Assembly: GCA_045661185.1 (NCBI GenBank)
Contig: JAZRFD010000039.1
Span: 12,713 to 76,712, forward strand
Direction: 5' to 3'
Source of the DNA: Eubacteriales bacterium
GTDB taxonomy: Bacteria > Bacillota > Clostridia > Oscillospirales > CAG-272
DNA length: 64,000 bases
Positions 56,575 to 64,000 of this stretch are shown here, piece after piece. The position numbers and the translations under genes are program-made. The notes below the pieces were generated by a model, which was given only the letters and a program-made list of their open reading frames with translations, had not been told where the DNA came from and did not search any database. Numbering within the stretch: position 1 is the stretch's first letter; each line of letters starts with the position of its first letter.

Positions 56575-58503
56575 ATGAAAATCAAAATTATGGATCAGGT
56601 TCGCGAATACGACGCACCCGTTACGGTGTACGACGTCGCAAAGGACATGGAGATCGTCACGCGCGCACACATCGGTGCCGAGATCGACGGTAAGACCGTG
56701 GCGCTGACGCAGGAGTTGACGGCTGACACCGAGGTAAAGCTGTTGACCTTTGAGGACGCCGCGGGAAAGCACCTGTTCCGTCACACCGCATCGCACATTC
56801 TCGCGCAGGCGGTCAAGCGTCTGTATCCCGATGCAAAGCTGACCATCGGTCCCGCTGTTGAAAACGGATTTTATTATGATATCGACTCCGACGTGACCTT
56901 CACGCCCGACGCGCTTAAGGCTCTTGAGGGAGAGATGAAGAAGATCGTCAAGGAGAACCTTAAAATTGAAAGATTTGAGCTGCCCCGCGCCGAAGCGATT
57001 GCGCTGATGCAGGAAAAGAACGAGCCTTACAAGGTTCAGCTGATCGAGGAGCTTCCCGCGGATGCGGTCATCAGCTTCTATAAGCAGGGCGAGTTTACCG
57101 ACCTTTGCGCGGGCCCGCATTTGTTTACCACGGGCGCGGTAAAGGCCTTCAAGCTGACGCAGTGCACGGGCGCGTATTGGAAGGGTGACCAGAACAACAA
57201 GATGCTGCAAAGAATTTACGGTATCGCGTTCCCGACCAAGGACGAGCTCAACGCATACGTTTTGCAGCAGGAGGAGGCGCTCAAGCGCGATCACAATAAG
57301 CTTGGACGCGAGCTGGAGCTCTTCACCACCGTTGACGTCATCGGTCAAGGGCTTCCCGTACTGCTTCCCAAGGGCGCGCGTATGATCCAGACCCTGCAGA
57401 GATGGGTAGAGGACGAGGAGCAGAAGCGTGGCTATCTGCTTACCAAAACGCCGCTGATGGCAAAGAGAGAGCTGTACAAGATCTCGGGTCACTGGGATCA
57501 TTATCTGGACGGTATGTTCATTTTGGGCGACCCCCACGACGAGACCAAGGAGTGCTTTGCGCTCCGTCCCATGACCTGTCCCTTCCAGTATCAGGTATTT
57601 CTGAACAAAAAGCGCTCCTATCGCGACCTGCCCATGCGTTTGGGTGAAACCTCTACGCTCTTCCGTAACGAGGATTCGGGCGAGATGCACGGTCTCATCC
57701 GCGTGCGCCAGTTCACCATTTCCGAGGGTCACCTGATCCTGCGTCCTGATCAGCTTGCAGAGGAGTTCAAGGGCTGCCTTGACCTTGCGATGCATATGCT
57801 GGAGACGCTGGGGCTCAAGGAGGATTGCTCCTTCCGCTTCTCCCAGTGGGATCCCGCACGTACCGACAAGTACGAGGGCACGCCCGAGCAGTGGGACGAG
57901 GCACAGGGTATCATGAAAGAGCTCCTGGATGCCAACAAGATCGACTATACGATCGGTATCGACGAGGCGGCGTTCTACGGACCGAAGCTTGACATTCAGA
58001 TCAAGAATGTATTCGGGAAGGAGGATACGCTGATCACGATTCAGATCGACATGCTGCTGGCGAAGAAGTTCGGTATGGAATACGTTGATTCCAACAACCA
58101 GCTCGTAACGCCTTATATCATTCACCGTACGTCCATGGGATGCTACGAGAGAACACTGGCGCTCCTGATCGAGAAGTACGCAGGCGCGTTCCCGCTGTGG
58201 CTTGCTCCCGAGCAGGTACGTCTGTTGCCCATTGGCGATGAGCACGTGGACTATGCAAAAGCAGTCAAGGAAAAGCTTGACGCAGCAGGATTGCGCGTCA
58301 CGCTGGACGATTCCTCTAACACCATCGGCTACAAGATCCGCAATACTCAGCTTCAGAAGGTGCCGTATATGCTGATCATCGGCGGCAAGGAGGTCGAGGA
58401 GGGAACCGTTTCCGTGCGTAACCGCGCTGGCGAAACCGTTTCCAAGCCCGTTGACGCATTCCTTGCAGAGGCTCTTGTAGAGGTTGCTACGAAGAAGAGA
58501 TAA
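56575..58503 (+). CDS. thrS: Threonine--tRNA ligase
   Basis: TGS, editing, class II core and anticodon-binding domains in order. Motifs include RHTASHILA, FRNEDSGEMHGLIRVRQFT and the HRT..G..ER pattern. Confidence 0.96.
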   Translation: MKIKIMDQVREYDAPVTVYDVAKDMEIVTRAHIGAEIDGKTVALTQELTADTEVKLLTFEDAAGKHLFRHTASHILAQAVKRLYPDAKLTIGPAVENGFYYDIDSDVTFTPDALKALEGEMKKIVKENLKIERFELPRAEAIALMQEKNEPYKVQLIEELPADAVISFYKQGEFTDLCAGPHLFTTGAVKAFKLTQCTGAYWKGDQNNKMLQRIYGIAFPTKDELNAYVLQQEEALKRDHNKLGRELELFTTVDVIGQGLPVLLPKGARMIQTLQRWVEDEEQKRGYLLTKTPLMAKRELYKISGHWDHYLDGMFILGDPHDETKECFALRPMTCPFQYQVFLNKKRSYRDLPMRLGETSTLFRNEDSGEMHGLIRVRQFTISEGHLILRPDQLAEEFKGCLDLAMHMLETLGLKEDCSFRFSQWDPARTDKYEGTPEQWDEAQGIMKELLDANKIDYTIGIDEAAFYGPKLDIQIKNVFGKEDTLITIQIDMLLAKKFGMEYVDSNNQLVTPYIIHRTSMGCYERTLALLIEKYAGAFPLWLAPEQVRLLPIGDEHVDYAKAVKEKLDAAGLRVTLDDSSNTIGYKIRNTQLQKVPYMLIIGGKEVEEGTVSVRNRAGETVSKPVDAFLAEALVEVATKKR

Positions 58504-58518
58504 TGATAGGATGAATAT

Positions 58519-58590
58519 GGGGAGAGGGAAGCTTCTTGAGGAGAAGCTTCCCTCTCCCCCTACCCCTCACCCTTCAAGACCTTTACAAAA
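58519..58590 (+). repeat. Modular intergenic repeat, copy C (module 1 only)
   Basis: GGGGAGAGGGAAGCTTCT-TGAG-GAGAAGCTTCCCTCTCCCC followed by CCTCACCCTTCAAGACCTTTACAAAA. It begins 16 nt after the thrS stop. Confidence 0.8.
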
Positions 58591-58669
58591 ACAGATCAAT
58601 GGATTGTCTTTAAAAAGTAAAGTGTGAAATTCTACAGAAATATAAAAATCCTACACGAAAGGAGCGGTC

Positions 58670-59449
58670 ATGCTTTTTTTACACAGACGACACTCGAAGC
58701 GCCCTTTTGCCGCTTTACGTGATCACGGCGGGAAGCTACTACGATCAACCGCGCGTTGACCGTCCCGAGGGCTTCTGGGCGCATCACGTTTATTGCGTGG
58801 AGGAGGGGAGCGGCGTGTTTGAAACGCCTGACGGACGCGTCACGCTGGACGCGGGAGCAGTCCTCTTTATCCGCAAGGGCTATCCCACATCCTACTATCC
58901 CGCGGGAAACACCTTCAAGGGCGGCTTTCTCACCTTTGATGGGGAGGCGGTAGATCATATGCTGGAATATTGGCGTGCCGAGGATTTTTGCTATTTCAGG
59001 AGCGACGCCTTGGTTTCTATGATCGGACACGTGGCACGCCTTGGCGCGCGGAACGGCACCCCCGCTCAGCTTTCCTGCGCGCTTTATGAGCTTTTGGCGC
59101 GCTTTTTTGCGGAGCGGAACGGAAACAGGACGACGCCGAGCTTTATGCGCGCGAAAAATTACATTGAGCAGCATTGCTGTGAACCGGAGCTTTCGGTTTC
59201 CGAGGTGGCGCGCGAGGCGGGGATCTCACCCTCGCTTCTGTTCCGACTGTTTCGCGAGGAGGAGCACACCACGCCGACAGATTTTCTGCGTCGCACGCGT
59301 ATTCGCTGCGCCAAGCAAATCTTATTGCAGCGCGGATCGGTGACGTCGCGGTGCGATGCGGATTTTCCAACGCCGCCTATTTTTGCAAGGTGTTCAAGTC
59401 GCTGACCGATATGACACCCAAAGAATTTGTTTCTATTTATACTTTCTGA
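58670..59449 (+). pseudogene. AraC/XylS family regulator, apparently disrupted by two frameshifts
   Basis: ATG 58670 has a good RBS (AAAGGAG) but leaves the main frame within a T7 run (58674-58680). The main frame 58707-59405 carries a cupin-like N-terminus and the first HTH. The second HTH (GDVAVRCGFSNAAYFCKVFKSLTDMTPKEF) continues in another frame to TGA 59447-59449. Confidence 0.6.
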
Positions 59450-59596
59450 CGGCTTTTTTGTGCATTTTGGCCCGATTGCCCAAAAGAACGGTGCAAAAAC
59501 GCCTTGACCGACGAATAAATATATGTTATAATAAGATGAGTTTTTTTCTTCGACACGCTTCGACGAAAACGAAACGAAAGGATAGGAAATTCATCT

Positions 59597-60484
59597 ATGT
59601 ATTACATTCTGTATAATCCGCTTTCCGGCAGCAAGCAGGGCGAGGCGCTTGCAAAAGCCCTTTCCGAAAAGCTCGGCAACGAGGAGCACACCTACGTGAA
59701 TCTGCATACCGTCACCGATTATTCCGCTTTCTGGAGCGGGGTGGATCTTAAGAATGATACTGTCATTCTGTCCGGTGGTGACGGTACGCTCAACTGCTTT
59801 GTGAACGAAAACGAGGGGCTTGCGCTTCCCGAAAAGCTTTACTATTACGCCGCAGGCAGCGGAAACGATTTTAAGGCGGATGTTTCGCCCGATTCCAACG
59901 AGCTGATCCCTCTGCATCAGTACATCAAGGATCTGCCCGTGGTTACGGTCAACGGCAAGGATTACCGCTTTGTCAACGGTATTGGCTTTGGCATTGACGG
60001 ATATTGCTGCGAGGTAGGCGACAAAATGCGTGCAGCCTCGGATAAGCCCGTCAACTATACCGCGATCGCGATCAAGGGGCTCCTTGGCAAGTTCAAGCCC
60101 GCAAACGCAACGGTCACGGTCGACGGCGAGACCAAGTCCTACAAAAAGGTATGGATCGCGCCCACGATGAAGGGAAGATATTACGGTGGCGGCATGAAGG
60201 TCACCCCCCTGCAGGATCGCTTTGATCCCGAGGGAAAGGTCTCTTATTGCATGTTCCACGGCTCAAGCGCTTTGAAAACGCTGATGGTGTTCCCGTCGAT
60301 CTTCAAGGGCGAGCACGTCAAGCACGCCGAATGCGTCACGATCGGCTCGGGTCATGAGATCACCGTCACCTTTGATTCGCCCAGATCCTTGCAGATCGAC
60401 GGCGAAACCGTTCTCGGCGTGACCTCTTACACGGTCCGCACGGGTAAAAAAGCGGTAAAGGAAGAGCCCGTAGCCGCAAAATAA
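59597..60484 (+). CDS. Diacylglycerol/lipid kinase family protein (YegS/BmrU-like)
   Basis: ILYNPLSGSK and the ILSGGDGTLN catalytic-domain motifs. A TTGACC-17-TATAAT promoter lies upstream. Confidence 0.85.
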   Translation: MYYILYNPLSGSKQGEALAKALSEKLGNEEHTYVNLHTVTDYSAFWSGVDLKNDTVILSGGDGTLNCFVNENEGLALPEKLYYYAAGSGNDFKADVSPDSNELIPLHQYIKDLPVVTVNGKDYRFVNGIGFGIDGYCCEVGDKMRAASDKPVNYTAIAIKGLLGKFKPANATVTVDGETKSYKKVWIAPTMKGRYYGGGMKVTPLQDRFDPEGKVSYCMFHGSSALKTLMVFPSIFKGEHVKHAECVTIGSGHEITVTFDSPRSLQIDGETVLGVTSYTVRTGKKAVKEEPVAAK

Positions 60485-60496
60485 TTGAGGTAAACA

Positions 60497-61309
60497 ATGC
60501 TTTGTTACATTTTTTTGGTGCTTTCCGCTCTTGGTGGCGTTGGCATCACGCTGTTAGCGGATATCCATATTCTGTGGGCGCTCCCGATCTTTTTGGGGCT
60601 CTACGTTTTGATCAATCCGTTGTATTTCTGCCTGCTTTGGCTTTCCACGATCTTTCTTCCCAAGAAGAATAAGCCGATCAAAAAGCCCTTGCGCGGCGTC
60701 TATTTCATGATCCAATTCAGCTGTGAGTGGCTGCTGACGCTCTTTGGCGTTCGCGTACACTTTAAGGGAATGGAAAAATTCCCGAGCGAGCCCTTTGTGC
60801 TCGTGTCAAACCACCTTTCCAACTTCGACCCCATCGTGGTGCTTTCCAAGGTAAAGGGCCGCAAGATCGCGTTCATCTCCAAGGAATCCAACTTCAAGAT
60901 CCCCGTGGCAGGCTCCTACGTTCACAATGCAGGCTTTCTGCCGATCGACCGAGAGAACCCCATGCGGGCCATGCGTACGATCAAGCGCGCGGGGGAATTG
61001 ATGGTGAGCGAGCAGATGATCATGGGTATCTATCCTGAGGGCACGAGAAGCAAATCGGGCGAATTGCTGGAATTTAAAGAAGGCGCATTTCTCCTTGCAA
61101 AGCGCGCGAACGCTCCCATCGTTGTGATCACCACCAAGGGAACCAACAGGATCTCCAAGCGCGCGCTCCGCGGATTTACGCGCGTCGAGCTTGAGGTGAT
61201 CGAGGTGATCGACAAGGAGACCGTTAAGGAGCAGTCCCTGTCCGAGATCTGTGCACACGTGCGTGAAACGATTGAGAATGGACTCAAGGAGAACGCAAGC
61301 AATGGCTGA
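60497..61309 (+). CDS. plsC: 1-acyl-sn-glycerol-3-phosphate acyltransferase
   Basis: NHLSNFD (HxxxxD) and YPEGTRS motifs, with N-terminal TM segments. Confidence 0.88.
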   Translation: MLCYIFLVLSALGGVGITLLADIHILWALPIFLGLYVLINPLYFCLLWLSTIFLPKKNKPIKKPLRGVYFMIQFSCEWLLTLFGVRVHFKGMEKFPSEPFVLVSNHLSNFDPIVVLSKVKGRKIAFISKESNFKIPVAGSYVHNAGFLPIDRENPMRAMRTIKRAGELMVSEQMIMGIYPEGTRSKSGELLEFKEGAFLLAKRANAPIVVITTKGTNRISKRALRGFTRVELEVIEVIDKETVKEQSLSEICAHVRETIENGLKENASNG

Positions 61310-62126
61310 TATCCTTGTAAAAACGAATTTGCACACACATACGCGCTTTTGTGACGGTAAGCATACCGCAGAGGAGGTCGTGCTGGCGGCAATCGACGCC
61401 AACATGGAGATACTCGGCTTTTCCGAGCATTGCTGCTCCGGGGTTGACGGTGTGTTCGGCATGAAGGCAGAAAACGTGCCGCTTTACCGCGCCGAGATCG
61501 AGCGGCTGAAGCGGGAATACCGCGACCGCATCCACATTCTGCTCGGGATCGAGCAGGATATTTACGCCGGGACGCCGACCTTGCCTTACGAATACGTGAT
61601 CGGCTCGGTTCATTACGTGTATGCGGATGGGGAATATTGCCCCGTGGATTATTCTGCCGAGCACACGGTAAAGACCGTGAACGAGCACTACGGCGGTGAT
61701 ATTCTTGCGTATGCGCGTGCATACTATGAAAGCGTTGCGCGTGTGGCAGACGTAACGAGCTGCGATATCGTCGGACACTTTGACCTTTTGATAAAGTTTA
61801 ACGAGGACGGTCGCATGATCGACGAGAGCGATCCCAAATACGTTCGATACGCGCTGGAGGCATTGGATGCACTCCTTGAAAAGGACGTCGTGTTCGAGGT
61901 CAATACAGGCGCGATCTCGCGCGGATACCGCCAAACACCCTATCCCTCGCCCTTAATCCTGAGACGGATCGCGGAGAAAAAGGGAAGAGTGACGCTCAGC
62001 TCCGACGCGCACAACAAGGATCACCTGCTTTGTGCGTTTGACGTAGCTCTTGAGCGTGTTCGCGCATGCGGATTGCGCTCGATCGTGAAAATGACCGCAA
62101 ACGGTTGGAAAGAACAAAAAATTTAA
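61302..62126 (+). CDS. Histidinol-phosphatase, PHP (HisJ) family
   Basis: [17 protein letters not shown] and HFD motifs. ATG overlaps the plsC stop (ATGGCTGA). Confidence 0.8.
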   Translation: MADILVKTNLHTHTRFCDGKHTAEEVVLAAIDANMEILGFSEHCCSGVDGVFGMKAENVPLYRAEIERLKREYRDRIHILLGIEQDIYAGTPTLPYEYVIGSVHYVYADGEYCPVDYSAEHTVKTVNEHYGGDILAYARAYYESVARVADVTSCDIVGHFDLLIKFNEDGRMIDESDPKYVRYALEALDALLEKDVVFEVNTGAISRGYRQTPYPSPLILRRIAEKKGRVTLSSDAHNKDHLLCAFDVALERVRACGLRSIVKMTANGWKEQKI

Positions 62127-62157
62127 AATAATATACCCCGAAAGAGAGGAACCCAAA

Positions 62158-63396
62158 ATGAATTTTTTTGATGAGCTGATGAATTACGACAAGGAAGTCT
62201 ACGACGCTTGTGCGCTGGAGCTGAACCGCCAGCGCAACAACATCGAGCTGATCGCATCCGAAAACATCGTGTCCAAGGCAGTGCTTCTGGCGGCCGGCAC
62301 GGTGCTGACCAACAAGTACGCAGAGGGCTTTCCCGGCAAGCGCTACTACGGCGGCTGCCAGTACGTGGATATCGTAGAGGATATCGCACGCGAGAGGGCC
62401 AAGAAGCTCTTTGGCGCGGAGCACGCAAACGTGCAGCCTCACTGCGGTGCGAGCGCAAACCTTGCAACCTTTTTTGCGTTCCTTGAGCCCGGCGACACCG
62501 TCATGGGCTTGAATCTGGCTCACGGAGGACACCTCTCTCACGGCTCTCCCGTCAATATTTCGGGTAAGTATTTCAACGTCGTTCCGTATAGCGTGTCTGA
62601 CGAGACCGAAATGCTGGATTACGAGGATATCCGTCGCGTAGCACTTGAGTGCAAGCCCAAGATGATCATCGCGGGAGCGAGCGCATACTCCAGAACCATT
62701 GATTTTGCAAAGATTCGCGAGATCGCCGACGAGGTGGGCGCGATCTATATGGTCGATATGGCGCACATCGCAGGTCTCGTTGCGGCAGGCTTGCATCCCA
62801 GCCCCGTTCCGCACGCGGACGTCGTTACCACCACCACGCACAAGACGCTGCGCGGCCCTCGCGGCGGTCTGATCCTTTGCCGTGAGCAGTACGCAAAGCA
62901 GATCGACAAGGCGGTATTCCCGGGTACGCAGGGTGGCCCCTTGCTGCACATCATCGCGGCAAAGGCAGTAGCGCTTGGTGAGGCCATGACCGATGAATTC
63001 AAGGACTACCAGACCCAGATCGTCAAAAACGCAAAGGTTCTTTGCGCGGCACTCAAGGAAGCGGGCTTCCGCATCGTTTCGGGCGACACCGACAACCACC
63101 TGATGCTGATCGACCTGCGTCCCTTTGGCATTACGGGTAAGGAAATGGAGAAGCGCCTTGACGAGGTGCACATCACCGTCAACAAGAACGCGATCCCCAA
63201 CGACCCCGAGAAGCCCTTTGTTACCAGCGGTATCCGCGTGGGTACTCCTGCCGTGACCTCTCGCGGCTTTAAGGAAGCGGAAATGCTCAAGATCGCGCAG
63301 TGGATGAAGGACGTGGCGTCCGATTTTGAGGCAAACCGCGAGCGCGTGAGCGCCGAGGTCGTGGCTCTGTGCGAAAAATTCCCGATCTACGATTGA
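62158..63396 (+). CDS. glyA: Serine hydroxymethyltransferase
   Basis: [18 protein letters not shown] and [14 protein letters not shown], which contains the PLP lysine. Confidence 0.97.
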   Translation: MNFFDELMNYDKEVYDACALELNRQRNNIELIASENIVSKAVLLAAGTVLTNKYAEGFPGKRYYGGCQYVDIVEDIARERAKKLFGAEHANVQPHCGASANLATFFAFLEPGDTVMGLNLAHGGHLSHGSPVNISGKYFNVVPYSVSDETEMLDYEDIRRVALECKPKMIIAGASAYSRTIDFAKIREIADEVGAIYMVDMAHIAGLVAAGLHPSPVPHADVVTTTTHKTLRGPRGGLILCREQYAKQIDKAVFPGTQGGPLLHIIAAKAVALGEAMTDEFKDYQTQIVKNAKVLCAALKEAGFRIVSGDTDNHLMLIDLRPFGITGKEMEKRLDEVHITVNKNAIPNDPEKPFVTSGIRVGTPAVTSRGFKEAEMLKIAQWMKDVASDFEANRERVSAEVVALCEKFPIYD

Positions 63397-63432
63397 TTTA
63401 AAAAAAAAACGACAAAAAATTCCATAAGGGCA

Positions 63433-63461
63433 TTGACAAGCCCGTGAAAGTATGTTATAAT
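63433..63461 (+). promoter_or_regulatory. Sigma-A type promoter for the lysine riboswitch-dapA unit
   Basis: TTGACA (63433-63438), a 17-nt spacer, then TATAAT (63456-63461). Confidence 0.75.
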
Positions 63462-63474
63462 AGCAACCAATAAT

Positions 63475-63704
63475 GATAGAGGCGCACCTATATAAGAGTA
63501 GCCGCTGCGAAATAGCCTGCGCGGGCGTTGCAGCGGGAAAAGGATTGGGTGCCGAAGGACGGGAGGGGCGCGTTCCCGATCCTGGCATTGCGGACAAGAT
63601 CCGCCGTGCTGTCGCAGAAATGCGGAGTGCTATCTTCAACCCGTCATATTCGGATTTTTATTCGAAGGGGCAGAGAAATGCGCTTGCTTTCTCTGCCCGT
63701 TTTG
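63475..63704 (+). promoter_or_regulatory. Lysine (L-box) riboswitch with terminator
   Basis: Conserved L-box blocks appear in order: GATAGAGGCGC, AGAGTAGCC, GGGAAAAGGA, GGGTGCCGAAGG, CTGTCGCAG and GGAGTGCTATC. The terminator is GGGCAGAGAAA..TTTCTCTGCCC plus GTTTTG (63667-63704). The downstream gene is dapA. Confidence 0.88.
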
Positions 63705-63730
63705 ATTGTTTCAAGGAAAGGACGAACAAC

Positions 63731-64000
63731 ATGAAAAAGACGATTTTTACAGGCGCGGCAACCGCGATCGTGACCCCCTTCAAGAATGGGGAGGTCGACT
63801 ACGAGCAATTCGGACGCCTCATTGAGTGGCAGATTGCAGAGGGCATCGACGCGATCGTTGCCTGCGGCACGACGGGTGAGGGCTCGACCCTGACCGACGA
63901 GGAGCACCGCGAGGTCATCCGCTATGCTGTGGAAAAGGTGGCGGGTCGTGTGCCCGTGATCGCGGGAACGGGCTCAAACGACACCGCATATGCGATCGAC
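63731..64000 (+). CDS. dapA: 4-hydroxy-tetrahydrodipicolinate synthase, N-terminal part (runs off window)
   Basis: [55 protein letters not shown] is the DapA signature. The frame is open to the window end. Confidence 0.9.
   Translation, partial: MKKTIFTGAATAIVTPFKNGEVDYEQFGRLIEWQIAEGIDAIVACGTTGEGSTLTDEEHREVIRYAVEKVAGRVPVIAGTGSNDTAYAID

Noticed and set aside
56542-58245. 567-aa minus-strand ORF
   Set aside because: It is antisense to thrS. It has no RBS or motifs, and the T-box leader and ThrRS motifs define the plus strand as coding.
61996-63639. 547-aa minus-strand ORF
   Set aside because: It is antisense to glyA and to the lysine riboswitch, with a shadow-ORF composition.
1-64000. Search for CRISPR arrays, tRNA/rRNA genes, transposases, integrases, reverse transcriptases and toxin-antitoxin pairs
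   Set aside because: I saw no regularly spaced direct repeats, no cloverleaf-compatible segments and no ORFs with DDE, tyrosine or serine recombinase motifs or RT motifs. The only repeat families are the hairpin elements reported above.

Overview
The window reads as mostly core chromosome of a Gram-positive, spore-forming anaerobe (Clostridia-like). Supporting signs are spoVB, a spoVD/spoVE-type dcw cluster, a V-type ATPase, rubredoxin plus reverse rubrerythrin, a T-box and an L-box. Coding regions are GC-rich and the spacers are AT-rich with sigma-A-like promoters.

Gene content in order:
- ntpB (partial) and ntpD, then uxaC, a VanZ-like protein, a sugar nucleotidyltransferase, spoVB, rubredoxin, mecA, nnr, a HAD-IIA hydrolase and secG.
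- A 4x DUF1508 (YegP) protein, an alpha/beta hydrolase, a nucleotidase-guanylate kinase fusion, rubrerythrin, a D-Ala-D-Ala carboxypeptidase and an amidase-domain protein.
- A solitary 1248-aa HRDC-SF1 helicase-PD-(D/E)xK nuclease.
- A dcw cluster: mraZ, rsmH, ftsL-like, PBP, murE, murF, mraY, ftsW, small membrane ORF, murG, ftsQ, ftsZ.
- A methyltransferase, a ZIP transporter, feoA-feoB-Cys-rich peptide, an SNF transporter, a GT4 glycosyltransferase, mgtE and a phosphohexomutase.
- TSCPD, a prephenate-dehydratase-like protein, htpG, two tandem AI-2E transporters, ispE, DUF1385, TIGR01440 and an MgsA-like protein.
- T-box-thrS, a frameshifted AraC gene, a lipid kinase, plsC, a PHP histidinol phosphatase, glyA and L-box-dapA (partial).

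I found no CRISPR array, tRNA or rRNA gene, transposase, integrase or obvious multi-gene defence island.

The things not explained by ordinary annotation are:
1. A roughly 410-bp nested palindrome made of consecutive hairpins between rubredoxin and mecA.
2. A modular intergenic repeat family, present three times and always just 3' of a plus-strand stop codon. It shows compensatory stem changes and a conserved loop on otherwise unrelated stems.
3. The stand-alone helicase-nuclease, which abuts the largest repeat copy.
4. Several atypical proteins: the NT5C-Gmk fusion, the YegP x4 protein with a histone-like tail, and an MgsA paralog lacking catalytic residues.

None of these is demonstrably a new system from sequence alone. 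All homology calls rest on motif recognition by eye, not on database searches.
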